A stretch of 64,000 nt of DNA from an uncultured Endomicrobiia bacterium (lineage in GTDB: Bacteria; Elusimicrobiota; Endomicrobiia; DTEH01): assembly GCA_937936785.1 (NCBI GenBank), contig CALDDQ010000011.1, positions 18,251 through 82,250 on the forward strand, in the 5' to 3' direction. Both the position numbers and the translations under genes were made by a program. This document shows, piece after piece, positions 36,087-46,549 of the stretch (positions within the stretch are counted from its first letter, which is position 1; every line of letters begins with the position of its first letter). Below the pieces are notes generated by a model that was not told where the DNA came from, ran no database searches, and saw nothing but the letters and a program-made list of their open reading frames with translations.

Positions 36087-37077
36087 ATAAAAAACATTTA
36101 ACAAAACTATCCCCTGCTTTATAAAAATCCGGCACTAAACTGTTACATTTTTCAATTTTTTTTGGACATCTGTTAAAAAATATACATCTGGTAAAAAATT
36201 TTTTTTCAGTTAAATTAGGCATCTGTCCTTCAATAACAGGTAATAATTTACCTTTCTTTGTTTTATCTGGATAAGCAGAAATTAAAAGTTGAGTATAGGG
36301 ATGTAACGGATTTTTTGATAAAACATTTCCATGTCCATGTTCTAAAATCTCACCTGCATATAAAATGTAAACATAATCTACATAATCTTTCACAATATTT
36401 AAATCGTGTGTTATTAACAACAGAGACATATAATTTTTTTTTACAAAACTGTTAATTAAATCTAATACCTCAACTCTCAACTGTGCATCTAAAGATGTTG
36501 TTGGTTCATCTGCAATCAATAGTTCTGGAATGTTTGCAATTGATGTCGCAATACAAATCCGTTGAAGTTGTCCGCCAGAAAGTTGGTGTGGAAACTTTTT
36601 GTATACAATGTCTATGTCTTGTAGTTTTACAGACTTTAACAAACTTTTTGTTTTTAGATGAAGTTCGTCGTTCGAAATTTTTTTATTATGATTTAATATC
36701 ATTTCTTCTACTTGTTTGCCAACTATAAATACAGGATTTAGTGCAGAAAACGGATCTTGGAAAATTATTGAGATGTGGTTTCCACGTATATGATTTAGTT
36801 CATCTTCATCTGAAAAATTTAACAAAAATTTTTTTTTACAACATATCTTGTCAGAATAAAAATTTATTTCTCCACAAAAATCTATTTCATCTCTTGGAAT
36901 GAGATTTAATAAACTATATGCGAATGTAGATTTTCCCGAACCAGATTCTCCAATTAAAGCAACTTTTTGTTTTTTAAAAATTTCAATATTTATATTTCTA
37001 AGAATATAATATTTTTTTTTATTGTCAATTTTGTATGACAAACTATAATTTTTACTTTCTAAAATTTTTTTATCCAT
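36076..37077 (-). CDS. Peptide ABC transporter ATP-binding protein (OppD/DppD-like)
   Basis: [16 protein letters not shown] and [11 protein letters not shown], plus the Cys-containing oligopeptide-type C-terminal extension (HPYTQLL ... CIFFNRCP). Confidence 0.88.
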   Translation of the reverse strand: MDKKILESKNYSLSYKIDNKKKYYILRNINIEIFKKQKVALIGESGSGKSTFAYSLLNLIPRDEIDFCGEINFYSDKICCKKKFLLNFSDEDELNHIRGNHISIIFQDPFSALNPVFIVGKQVEEMILNHNKKISNDELHLKTKSLLKSVKLQDIDIVYKKFPHQLSGGQLQRICIATSIANIPELLIADEPTTSLDAQLRVEVLDLINSFVKKNYMSLLLITHDLNIVKDYVDYVYILYAGEILEHGHGNVLSKNPLHPYTQLLISAYPDKTKKGKLLPVIEGQMPNLTEKKFFTRCIFFNRCPKKIEKCNSLVPDFYKAGDSFVKCFLYEK

Positions 37078-37078
37078 T

Positions 37079-37885
37079 TTATAATTTTTTTTCTTTTATA
37101 TTAAACTTTTGTCTTAACCCTTCTCCAACTAAATTAAAGCCCATAACTGTTATAAAAATTGCCATGCCAGGAAATAAAGATAACCACCACGCAATGTGAA
37201 TATAATCTTTTCCTGAAGCAAGAATATTTCCCCAAGAAGGTTGCGGGGGTTGAATTCCCAACCCCAAAAATGACAATGCTGATTCTATTAAAATAGCACT
37301 ACCTATGCCTAAAGTAAAATTTATTATCACGGGAACAATTACATTTGGTAGTATATGATAAAATATAATTTTACTAGAACCTAACCCAGCAAGTTTTGCT
37401 GATAAAACATATTCTCGCTCACGAATACTTAAAACTTCTGCACGAACATATCTTGCTAATCCAGGCCACGAAGTAAGACCTATTACTATCATAATATTGT
37501 AAATGTTAGGTTTTAAAAATGCTATTACCATCAAAATTAAAAAAAATGTTGGGAAACATAATACTATATCTACTATCCTCATTAAAATAATATCTATTTT
37601 CTTACCATAATATCCAGCAACTAAACCTACAATAGTCCCTAAAAATACTGATATGCTAACAGAGATAATCCCAACACTTAATGAAACCATCGTAGAATTT
37701 ATAACACGAGAAAAAACGTCTCTGCCAAGTTCATCTGTTCCAAAAAAATGTTTTGATGAAGGTGGTTGTAATCGTTCCAAAAGATTTTGTTGTACTGGAT
37801 TTTTTGGTGAAATATGTTTTGCAAAAATTCCAACTAACAAAAATAATCCTATTATAATTATACCTATTTTTAATGTTTTATTCAT
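37079..37885 (-). CDS. Peptide ABC transporter permease (OppC/DppC-like)
   Basis: 268 aa; N-terminus with FGTDELGRDVFSR, six TM segments, and an EAA-like loop (EYVLSAKLAGLGSSKIIFYHILPN). Confidence 0.88.
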   Translation of the reverse strand: MNKTLKIGIIIIGLFLLVGIFAKHISPKNPVQQNLLERLQPPSSKHFFGTDELGRDVFSRVINSTMVSLSVGIISVSISVFLGTIVGLVAGYYGKKIDIILMRIVDIVLCFPTFFLILMVIAFLKPNIYNIMIVIGLTSWPGLARYVRAEVLSIREREYVLSAKLAGLGSSKIIFYHILPNVIVPVIINFTLGIGSAILIESALSFLGLGIQPPQPSWGNILASGKDYIHIAWWLSLFPGMAIFITVMGFNLVGEGLRQKFNIKEKKL

Positions 37886-37936
37886 TTATTATTTAGCAAT
37901 TTAATTTTTTTTACATTTTTACTCTTTTATCTTATT

Positions 37937-38905
37937 TTATTTATAACGTATTCTTGGGTCAACATATACATACACAATATCTGCAATAAAATTTCCTAAC
38001 AAAGTTAACACGGCTGTTATAGTTCCTATTCCCATTATTAACGGATAATCTCTTGACATAATCGCTTCATACCCTAATCTTCCCATACCAGGATAAGAAA
38101 ATATTGTTTCAAAAATAAACCCTCCTCCAATAAGTTCAGGTAATGAAAGACCTATAATTGTAACTACAGGAATTAAAACATTTCTAAACATATGAAAAAA
38201 AATTATTCTAAAACTTTTTGTACCTTTACTCTTAGCAAATTTTACATATTCAGAATTTAATTGTTCCAACATATTACCCCTAACATATTGTGTCAATCCT
38301 GCAAGCCCACCAATAGATGCTATAATAACAGGTAAAATTAAATGTTTTATTATATCAAATATTTTTTCATACCATAGCAAATAATCATAATTCACACTTC
38401 TTAATCCAGAGATCGGTAACCAACCAAGTTTTATCCCAAATAATACCATACACAAAATTGCAATCCAATATTTTGGCAATGAATAACCTAAAAAAATAAT
38501 TATAGTAATAATTTTATCAAAAATTTTTCCATGATATATAGAAGCTAATATTCCAAACAAACAACCTAAGACAAATATTATTCCTAAAGATAAAATGTTT
38601 AATAATAAAGTTGCAGGAAGACGTTCCAAAATTTTTTTTATCACCGGTTTATCATCTTTAAAAGAATTACCAAAATCTAAAAAAAACAACCTTTTTAACC
38701 AGTCAAAATATCTTATATGAATAGGTTTATCAAGACCATAAAGTTTAATTAATCTTTCTTTCGCTTCATAAGAAATTTTTGCACTCATATCATAAACATC
38801 TTGTGGTTTTCCCGGTGATATATTCACTATAAAAAATGTTATTAGAGTTATACCTATGAATGTGATAAATAAAACTATTATTCTACTAATTAGTAATCTT
38901 ATCAT
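37937..38905 (-). CDS. Peptide ABC transporter permease (OppB/DppB-like)
   Basis: 322 aa starting MIRLLISRIIVLFITFIGITLITF, with the EAA loop EYVKFAKSKGTKSFRIIFFHMFRN. Confidence 0.88.
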   Translation of the reverse strand: MIRLLISRIIVLFITFIGITLITFFIVNISPGKPQDVYDMSAKISYEAKERLIKLYGLDKPIHIRYFDWLKRLFFLDFGNSFKDDKPVIKKILERLPATLLLNILSLGIIFVLGCLFGILASIYHGKIFDKIITIIIFLGYSLPKYWIAILCMVLFGIKLGWLPISGLRSVNYDYLLWYEKIFDIIKHLILPVIIASIGGLAGLTQYVRGNMLEQLNSEYVKFAKSKGTKSFRIIFFHMFRNVLIPVVTIIGLSLPELIGGGFIFETIFSYPGMGRLGYEAIMSRDYPLIMGIGTITAVLTLLGNFIADIVYVYVDPRIRYK

Positions 38906-39049
38906 AAACTATTCCTTACACAAACCAAAAATTATTTTAATATAAAATTAAAGTATTATAACAAATCTATATTTTTAGTTATTACAAAACTAAAACTTTT
39001 TTTTCCATTGTTGAATACTACATTTTTTTTTAATACTTATTTAAAAATT

Positions 39050-40261
39050 ATGAAAATAAAATTATTGTTTATATTATTGTTTTCTACATTAAACTTAAGT
39101 TGTTCGTCTGAAACAAAAAATTATATAGAAAAAAAAGATAGTAATTCTCAAAATTCTAGTATACAAAAAAATGTAGAGTTCCCATTTAAAGTTGGAAAAC
39201 CTGATTATGTTCGTGGAATACATTTAACTTCATGGGTTGCTGGAACTATAAATTTAAGAAACAGGTTTGAACCAATTTTATCTCGTGATAAACTTAATAC
39301 AATTGTAATTGCAATAAAAGAATATCAAGGTGAAATTTATATCCCAAATGTTGACCTTGCAAAAAAATATGGCCTACCTATACGACCTATCCCTAACATA
39401 GAAAAATATTTATTTCATTTAAAATCTAAAGGTGTATACACAATAGCAAGAATTGTTGTTTTTAAAGATTCTGCGTTGGCAAAAAATCATCCCGAACTTG
39501 CAGTAAAAAATCCTGATGGTACTGTTTGGCAAGATTATCGTGGAAATTCGTGGACAGATCCTTACAACAAAAAAGTCTGGGAATATAACTTAGAAATTGC
39601 AAAAAAAGCAGCAGAACTTGGATTTGAAGAAATACAGTTTGATTACATAAGATTCCCTTCTGATGGTAACACAAAATTGTGTAGATACTCACAAGTGCAT
39701 AATTCTACTAATGCAACTACTGTTTTAATAAACTTCCTATCTTATGCAAAAGATGAACTAAAAAAATACAATGTTCCTATATCTATTGACGTTTTTGGTT
39801 TAACACCATCCGTAGAACACGATATGGGCATTGGACAACGGTTTTTAAAACTTGCACAAGTGTGTGATTTTATTTCGCCGATGATGTATCCATCTCACTA
39901 TGCAAAAGGAGAATATGGATTATCTGATCCTAATAAATTTCCTTATAAAACAATCTATCGTGGAATTTCAGATGCAAAAAAATTGTTAAAAGAAGATAGT
40001 TATAAATTAAGACCTTATTTACAAGATTTTTCGTTAGGATATAAATATGGGTATGAAGAAGTTAAAGCACAAATTCTTGCTTGTTACGATAATGGTATCT
40101 TTGATTGGCTTTTGTGGGATCCTAAGTGTAAGTATAATATTGAAGTTATTACTGAAATGGTTAACTTCACCCCGAAAAATTATATACCATCAGATTTTAA
40201 ATCAAAGATAGAAATTGAAAAACCGAAAAGTTCATCAAATACATTTGTTACAAACGAATAG
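39050..40261 (+). CDS. Putative glycoside hydrolase-like TIM-barrel lipoprotein (DUF4015/COG1306-like)
   Basis: The track ORF starts at TTG 39008. The ATG at 39050 gives MKIKLLFILLFSTLNLSCSSE (lipobox). VRGIHLTSW, WTDPYNKKVWEYNLEIAKKAAELGFEEIQFDYIRFPSDG and MMYPSHY match this family as I remember it. Confidence 0.7.
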   Translation: MKIKLLFILLFSTLNLSCSSETKNYIEKKDSNSQNSSIQKNVEFPFKVGKPDYVRGIHLTSWVAGTINLRNRFEPILSRDKLNTIVIAIKEYQGEIYIPNVDLAKKYGLPIRPIPNIEKYLFHLKSKGVYTIARIVVFKDSALAKNHPELAVKNPDGTVWQDYRGNSWTDPYNKKVWEYNLEIAKKAAELGFEEIQFDYIRFPSDGNTKLCRYSQVHNSTNATTVLINFLSYAKDELKKYNVPISIDVFGLTPSVEHDMGIGQRFLKLAQVCDFISPMMYPSHYAKGEYGLSDPNKFPYKTIYRGISDAKKLLKEDSYKLRPYLQDFSLGYKYGYEEVKAQILACYDNGIFDWLLWDPKCKYNIEVITEMVNFTPKNYIPSDFKSKIEIEKPKSSSNTFVTNE

Positions 40262-40269
40262 GTTTGTAA

Positions 40270-41487
40270 CTAAAAACTTTTTAGGTCAGATAATCCTTTT
40301 TTCATTTCTTCAAACTGTGCTAAAAAATAATCTCTTTGTTTATAAAATTCAGGCATAGAATTTTTATCAACAGACTTTGAGGCAGGAAATTTTAAAGTTA
40401 AAAAATTTATATATTGTCCATTTTTTTGTATTCTAAAATCCAAATGTGGTCCAGTTGCAAGACCTGTAGATCCAACATATCCAATTACATCTCCCTGCCG
40501 AACAGTTTTTCCGATAGCAATTCCTTTATGAAATTTTGACAAATGCCCATAAGTTGTTGTATAAACATTATTATGCCTAATAACAATAGTTTTACCAAAC
40601 CCACCTTTCCATCCTACAAAAATTATTTTGCCATTGCCTATACTAACTACAGGAGTGCCGGTAGGCGCAGCATAGTCTATCCCTAAATGCGGCCTAAAAT
40701 ATCGTAATATTGGATGAAACCTTTTTGTAGCAAAATGTGAACTAATTCTGCGATAATTTAGTGGTGCTCTTAAAAATTCTTTCCGTAAAGAATTTCCTTC
40801 TAAATCAAAATAATCTTTATATCCAGTTTTATCTTCAAAAAATATTCCATAATGTTTACCTGAATAACTTCCTTTATAATAAGCAGCAAGAATTTCTCCA
40901 TCTAAATACAGTTTATCTTTTAAATAATATTGTTTCCAAATTAATCCAAAAACGTCCCCATTACGCGGTTCTGTTAAAAAATCTATTTGCCAGGAAAAAA
41001 TATCAGCAAACTTTAATACAACTTCTGATGAAATATTATTTTTTACCATTGAATAATATAATGAAGATTCTAAATTAGTAGAAAAAGTTACTATTTTTTC
41101 AGTTAGTTGTTCTTGAAAATGTTGAGAAATATAGTTATTATTATCAATTTTTTTCACTATATAACTATTTAAAATGTCTGGTTTGTATTCAAAAGATAAA
41201 AAAATGTTGTCAGAAGAAAATATTATTTTATATTCATCACCAGCTTTACAATTTTTTGTATTAAAAATTTTGTTTAATTCTGTAGAAATTTTATATATTT
41301 CCTGATGAGAAATATTATTATTACGAAAAATATTGTATAAAGTTTCTTTTTGTTGTAGTTTACCAGTAATTATTATTGAAGTGTCAACTACATTATTTTT
41401 TTTTATGTCAAATACTATCTTTAATACGGAATAAACAAAAAAAATAGTTACTATAATTATAAAAAAAATTATAATACTACGTTTCAT
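40270..41487 (-). CDS. M23 family peptidoglycan metalloendopeptidase
   Basis: N-terminal TM, then HLGIDYAAPTGTPV ... HNNVYTTTYGHL ... GSTGLATGPHLDF (the HxxxD / HxH zinc motifs of LytM/M23). Confidence 0.88.
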   Translation of the reverse strand: MKRSIIIFFIIIVTIFFVYSVLKIVFDIKKNNVVDTSIIITGKLQQKETLYNIFRNNNISHQEIYKISTELNKIFNTKNCKAGDEYKIIFSSDNIFLSFEYKPDILNSYIVKKIDNNNYISQHFQEQLTEKIVTFSTNLESSLYYSMVKNNISSEVVLKFADIFSWQIDFLTEPRNGDVFGLIWKQYYLKDKLYLDGEILAAYYKGSYSGKHYGIFFEDKTGYKDYFDLEGNSLRKEFLRAPLNYRRISSHFATKRFHPILRYFRPHLGIDYAAPTGTPVVSIGNGKIIFVGWKGGFGKTIVIRHNNVYTTTYGHLSKFHKGIAIGKTVRQGDVIGYVGSTGLATGPHLDFRIQKNGQYINFLTLKFPASKSVDKNSMPEFYKQRDYFLAQFEEMKKGLSDLKSF

Positions 41488-42837
41488 CTATTTAACAGGA
41501 TAATTTTTATTAAAACATGCTAAACATAAACATGACTTCTTAATTTGAGTTGCAGCAACCATCCCATCTATTGATAAATAATGCAACGAATCAACATTTA
41601 AAAAATTTTTTATTTCATTTACTTTATAATTATACGCTATTAATTCCTTTTTTGTTGGAGTGTCAATTCCATATATACAAGAAGAAATTATTGGAGATGA
41701 AGTTATTCTTAGATGAATTTCTTTTGCTCCAGAACAACGTAACATTTTTATTAACTTTTTAGAAGTTGTTCCTCTAACAATAGAATCATCAACTACAATT
41801 ATCCGTTTGTTTTTTATAACATCTTTTACTGTGTTATATTTTATTTTTGCAGAGAAATCACGGATTCTTTGTTTTGGTTGAATAAATGTTCTACCAACAT
41901 AATGATTTCTGATAAAACCAGTATCAAATGGTATCCCACTTATTGAAGAATATCCTAAAGCAGCTGAAATTGCTGAATCTGGGACTGGAATAACTAAATC
42001 TGCAGAAGTCGGTAATTCTTTATATAAATATTTCCCAAGTTCTTGTCTAATCCTGTGAACAGAATTATTTTTTAAAATACTATCTGGTCTTGAAAAATAA
42101 ATATATTCAAAAATACACAATCTTTCATCTACCTTAAAATCAAAATTTTTATTTATAAGATTATAAGATTTAATATTTCCATTTTTTATCTCCAAAATTT
42201 CACCAGGATTTATTTCACGACAAAATTCTGCTTCTATAATATCTAAAGCACAAGTTTCTGATGTTATAATATAACTTCTACTTAATTTGCCTAATACTAA
42301 AGGTCTAAATCCATAAGGATCACGAATAGCATATATTGTTGTTGGTGTCATTAAAAGTAAAGAATAAGAACCTTTAACTTTGTAAAAAACTTTTCTTATT
42401 GATTCTAAAAGATTTTTTTCTTTGGAATGTGCTATCAAATGTAATATAACTTCAGAATCCGTATTAGTTTGAAATATTGCACCTTGTGACTCAAGTTTGT
42501 TTCTTAAATATCTCGCATTAACTATATTCCCGTTATGTGCTAAAGCTAAAATACCTTTTGAACATTTAACAATAATTGGTTGTGCATTTTTAAGTTCTGA
42601 TGTTCCATAAGTGGAATATCTAACATGTCCAATTGCATTTATACCAACAAGTTTAGATAAAGATTCTCGGTCAAAAACTTCCTGTACTTCTCCCTGACCT
42701 ATTTTAGAATAAAATTTACTCTCATCACAAGATACTATCCCTGCAGATTCTTGACCACGATGTTGCAATGCATAAAGTCCAAGATAAGTTAATTCAGAAG
42801 CGTTCTTGTTATTCGAAATACCAAATACACCACACAT
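41488..42837 (-). CDS. purF: Amidophosphoribosyltransferase
   Basis: Ntn N-terminus MCGVFGI, HRGQESAGI and the PRPP loop VVDDSIVRGTT. C-terminal cysteines are consistent with the Fe-S type. Confidence 0.94.
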   Translation of the reverse strand: MCGVFGISNNKNASELTYLGLYALQHRGQESAGIVSCDESKFYSKIGQGEVQEVFDRESLSKLVGINAIGHVRYSTYGTSELKNAQPIIVKCSKGILALAHNGNIVNARYLRNKLESQGAIFQTNTDSEVILHLIAHSKEKNLLESIRKVFYKVKGSYSLLLMTPTTIYAIRDPYGFRPLVLGKLSRSYIITSETCALDIIEAEFCREINPGEILEIKNGNIKSYNLINKNFDFKVDERLCIFEYIYFSRPDSILKNNSVHRIRQELGKYLYKELPTSADLVIPVPDSAISAALGYSSISGIPFDTGFIRNHYVGRTFIQPKQRIRDFSAKIKYNTVKDVIKNKRIIVVDDSIVRGTTSKKLIKMLRCSGAKEIHLRITSSPIISSCIYGIDTPTKKELIAYNYKVNEIKNFLNVDSLHYLSIDGMVAATQIKKSCLCLACFNKNYPVK

Positions 42838-42904
42838 AAAACCCCTTTATTTATAAATTATTTTAATTTCTAGAAAATCTGTTATTACAACTTTAATTAA
42901 AGTT

Positions 42905-43696
42905 CTATAATATTTTTCTAATAGTTTCAAAAAATAATTTCCCAAATGGAATTATGTTAATTTCATAACTACGAAAACAAGGAAATTGTTCTTTATACAT
43001 AAATCGTTCCGGATGTGGCATTAGAGCTATTATTTTTCCAGTTTTATCGGTAATTCCAGCAATGTTTTTTAACGAACCATTTGGGTTTAGTGGATAACCA
43101 CAACTTGTGTTACCATCTTCATCACAATATTGAAATAATATTTGTTCATTGTTAATAATATCTTTTTCAACATCTTTTGACATAAAAAACTTTCCTTCTC
43201 CATGTGCAACAGGAATTTGTATAATATCTGGCAAGTATTTAAGTATAGAAGGATTTTTTTTATTAACTTTTAAATAGACCCACCTACACTCAAACCTTCC
43301 AGAATCATTTTCTGTAAGAGTCACTTTTTGAACAAATGTTTCATCAGGTAAAAGACCTATTTTTACCAAAACTTGAAATCCATTACATATCCCTAAAATT
43401 ATACGATTTTTATCTAAAAAAAATTTTGTTAATTCTTCTTTAAGTTTAAACAAAATTTCTACTGCAAAAATTTTCCCTGCTGAAATATAATCTCCAAAAG
43501 AAAATCCACCCGGAATAACTAACAAATTAAATCCAGACAAACTTACTTTTTTTGAAATAAGATCATTTATGTGTGCAGACAAAACTTCAAATCCGGTTAT
43601 TTTTAGTGCTTGAAGTGTTTCAAAATCACAATTTGTGCCCGGGGCTCTTAAAACTAAAGCTACAGGTTTTGTTTTTTTTAATAAAACATTTAGCAT
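42905..43696 (-). CDS. purQ: Phosphoribosylformylglycinamidine synthase I (glutaminase subunit)
   Basis: 263 aa; GGFSFGDY, GICNGFQ (nucleophile Cys), VAHGEG and MPHPER. Confidence 0.9.
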   Translation of the reverse strand: MLNVLLKKTKPVALVLRAPGTNCDFETLQALKITGFEVLSAHINDLISKKVSLSGFNLLVIPGGFSFGDYISAGKIFAVEILFKLKEELTKFFLDKNRIILGICNGFQVLVKIGLLPDETFVQKVTLTENDSGRFECRWVYLKVNKKNPSILKYLPDIIQIPVAHGEGKFFMSKDVEKDIINNEQILFQYCDEDGNTSCGYPLNPNGSLKNIAGITDKTGKIIALMPHPERFMYKEQFPCFRSYEINIIPFGKLFFETIRKIL

Positions 43697-43700
43697 ATGT

Positions 43701-46088
43701 TTACAGATTTAAACCTTTTGACCATAGATTATAAAAATTTTTTATTTCTTCGTTACAAACAATTTCATTTTTATATTTTATTATTACATAAGGTTTCATA
43801 GTAGTTTTACCTAAATACATAAATTTTACTTTTTCCCTATTAAGCAAATTCTCAAAAATTTCTTTGTTATCTGGGCTTATTTCAACTATAAACCTAGAAT
43901 TTGATTCACTAAAACAAAATTCAAGTAAGATATCTACTTTACTAAGATTAATTTCAACTCCTATATTTCTGCCAAAAGTCATTTCAATTAAAGATGTTAT
44001 CATTCCTCCATCTGAACAATCGTGAGCAGATAATATATATGGCTTAATTTTATCAAATGTTTTATATATTTTTTTTGCATTTTTATAATCTAAAGAAGGA
44101 ACTTTGGAATCATTCTTTTTTAAAATATCGTATAAAACACTTCCTTTGAGTTCATCTTTTGTTTCTCCAATAATGTATACGTTATTACTAAAACTTTTAA
44201 ATTCTGAAGAAATTGTTTTTCTAATGTCATCAACAATACCGATTGCAGAAATTAACAATGTTGGAACAATACTAACTTTTTTTTCTTTTAATAAGAAATA
44301 ATTGTTTAAACTATCTTTCCCTGAAATAAATGGTGTACCAAAATATATTGCAACATTTTTTGCTGTTTCACAGCTTAAAACTAAATTAGATAATTGACCA
44401 TCATTCTGTATTTCACCCCAACAAAAATTGTCCAACAAAAATATTTTTTCTAAATTTCCTCCAACACTAATTATGTTTCTTATAGATTCGTCAATTACAG
44501 ATTCTGTCATTGAACAAATATCATATTCACCATAAAAAGAATTTATCCCACAACTAATCACTATACCTTTATAAGAATCTTTTTTAGGCCAAAGTATAGC
44601 AGAATCCTGTGGCGAATATTGTTGTGTATAACTTATTAGCGGTTTTAATACAGTATTACCTTGTACTTCATAATCATACTGTTGAATCACATACTCTTTA
44701 GAACATACATTTGGATGAGATAAAACTTTTTTTATAATCTCAACTAAAGATTTTCCAAAAGATATTTCTAAATTTTTATCATATTTTTTTATTTTTTGAA
44801 ATTTTATCTCTATATCAAACTCAAACTTAGGATTTCCTTTGTGTAAAAATTGCATATCAATATCACAAACTTTTTCTTCTCTAAAAAATACTTCTAACTT
44901 TTTTGTATTTGTAATTTCTCCAATAACAGTAGCCTCAACATCTTCTTTTTTACAAATATCTATAAATTCATCCTTTAACTCTTTACTAACTATAACAACC
45001 ATTCTTTCTTGAGATTCTGAAAGCCAAATTTCCCAAGGTTTAAGCCCTAAATACTTTAATGGTACTTTCTCCAAAAATATTTTACAACCATAATTCATTG
45101 CCAACTCGCCACACGCAGAAGAAAGCCCTCCCGCACCACAATCTGTTATAGCATTATAAAGATTTAAATCTCTAGCTTTTAATAATACATCTAAAAACAT
45201 TTTTTCAGTAATAGCATCTCCTATTTGAACTACTGAAGTTGGAAGATCATTATGCAATGCTGCAGAAGAAAATGTTGCTCCGTGTATTCCATCTCTACCA
45301 GTCCTACCACCAACAAGTATTATCAATTGTTCTGGTGATATTTTTTTATATACTTTATCCTGAGGTAAAATACCTATACAACCACAATATACAAGCGGAT
45401 TATAATTATACCTTTTATTAAATACTATGCTTCCATTTACTGTTGGAATTCCCATCCTATTTCCATAATCACGCACTCCATTAACCACACCTTTTAAAAT
45501 ACGTTTTGGATGAAAAACACCTTCTGGCAACTGTTCCACAGTACTAATATCTCCAAAACAAAATACATCTGTATTTGCAATAGGTTTTGCACCCAAACCA
45601 CAACCTATTATATCTCTAATAACCCCACCAACACCTGTAGAAGAACCACCATAAGGTTCCAGGGCTGTCGGATGATTATGTGTCTCAACTTTAAATGCTA
45701 CAGCATCAGTTTCATCAAATTTTATAATACCAGCATTGTCTTCAAAAACAGATAAACAAAGTTTATGATTAATTTTTTTTGTGGCATAAAATATCGTGTC
45801 TTTTAATAAATTATCATAAACTTTAGTTACAAATTTTCTCCCTTTTTTATACTTTAATTTTATTTTCGCAGTAAGAGTTTTATGTTTACAGTGTTCAGAC
45901 CATGTTTGTGCTATTGTTTCTAATTCACAATCAGTAGGATTACGTTTTAAAGTAACAAAATATTTTTTTATTGTTTGCATTTCTTTTAAAGTAAGCGATA
46001 ACAAACCTTTATCACTAATCTCTACCAACTTATCATCAGTAGCACTAATAAGATTTATAACTTTACAGTATTTTTTTGAAGATTTCAT
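43701..46088 (-). CDS. purL: Phosphoribosylformylglycinamidine synthase II
   Basis: 795 aa; WSEHCKHK, ETHNHPTALEPYGG, two PurM-like repeats and DCGAGGLS. Confidence 0.93.
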   Translation of the reverse strand: MKSSKKYCKVINLISATDDKLVEISDKGLLSLTLKEMQTIKKYFVTLKRNPTDCELETIAQTWSEHCKHKTLTAKIKLKYKKGRKFVTKVYDNLLKDTIFYATKKINHKLCLSVFEDNAGIIKFDETDAVAFKVETHNHPTALEPYGGSSTGVGGVIRDIIGCGLGAKPIANTDVFCFGDISTVEQLPEGVFHPKRILKGVVNGVRDYGNRMGIPTVNGSIVFNKRYNYNPLVYCGCIGILPQDKVYKKISPEQLIILVGGRTGRDGIHGATFSSAALHNDLPTSVVQIGDAITEKMFLDVLLKARDLNLYNAITDCGAGGLSSACGELAMNYGCKIFLEKVPLKYLGLKPWEIWLSESQERMVVIVSKELKDEFIDICKKEDVEATVIGEITNTKKLEVFFREEKVCDIDMQFLHKGNPKFEFDIEIKFQKIKKYDKNLEISFGKSLVEIIKKVLSHPNVCSKEYVIQQYDYEVQGNTVLKPLISYTQQYSPQDSAILWPKKDSYKGIVISCGINSFYGEYDICSMTESVIDESIRNIISVGGNLEKIFLLDNFCWGEIQNDGQLSNLVLSCETAKNVAIYFGTPFISGKDSLNNYFLLKEKKVSIVPTLLISAIGIVDDIRKTISSEFKSFSNNVYIIGETKDELKGSVLYDILKKNDSKVPSLDYKNAKKIYKTFDKIKPYILSAHDCSDGGMITSLIEMTFGRNIGVEINLSKVDILLEFCFSESNSRFIVEISPDNKEIFENLLNREKVKFMYLGKTTMKPYVIIKYKNEIVCNEEIKNFYNLWSKGLNL

Positions 46089-46534
46089 TTTAAAATCTCA
46101 TATGTTTGGATAAGTTCATTCATAAAAAATTTTTTAATAATCTGTTCAGCTATTTTTTTGTTTATTTTAGGAACAATAGTTACTTGTGTGCCAGAATAAA
46201 CCTCCAAATTATAATTCTTCATATTTAAATATCCTATAGCTTTGTAAACATTTTGTGCAACTATATCTAATACTAAAGGTTTAAACCATATATTTATACG
46301 TGTGATATTTTTTAAATATTCCTTCTTATTTATGTAATACCTTTCAATTATAGGATCTACTAAAAGTTTCTCACAAATATATTCAATTTCTTTTTTACTA
46401 ATTTTACCTAAAATTTTGTAAATTTTTAGTTTACTTACACTTTGTACTTTAGTAAATCCTTGCAAATGTATCTCATTTAATGAAAACATATCTACTAAAT
46501 TATTATTGTTAACAATTTTTATAAAATATTTCAT
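46085..46534 (-). CDS. purS: PurS, apparent tandem (double) PurS domain
   Basis: 149 aa, about twice normal PurS length. The first half ends ...ISKKEIEYICEKLLVDPIIERYYI. The second half is INIWFKPLVLDIVAQNVYKAIGYL...IAEQIIKKFFMNELIQTYEI. Both fit the PurS pattern (beta-strand, VLDP-like turn, ...LLxNPxIExY). 4-nt overlap with purL. Confidence 0.7.
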   Translation of the reverse strand: MKYFIKIVNNNNLVDMFSLNEIHLQGFTKVQSVSKLKIYKILGKISKKEIEYICEKLLVDPIIERYYINKKEYLKNITRINIWFKPLVLDIVAQNVYKAIGYLNMKNYNLEVYSGTQVTIVPKINKKIAEQIIKKFFMNELIQTYEILK

Positions 46535-46549
46535 ATTTTTTTATTTTAA

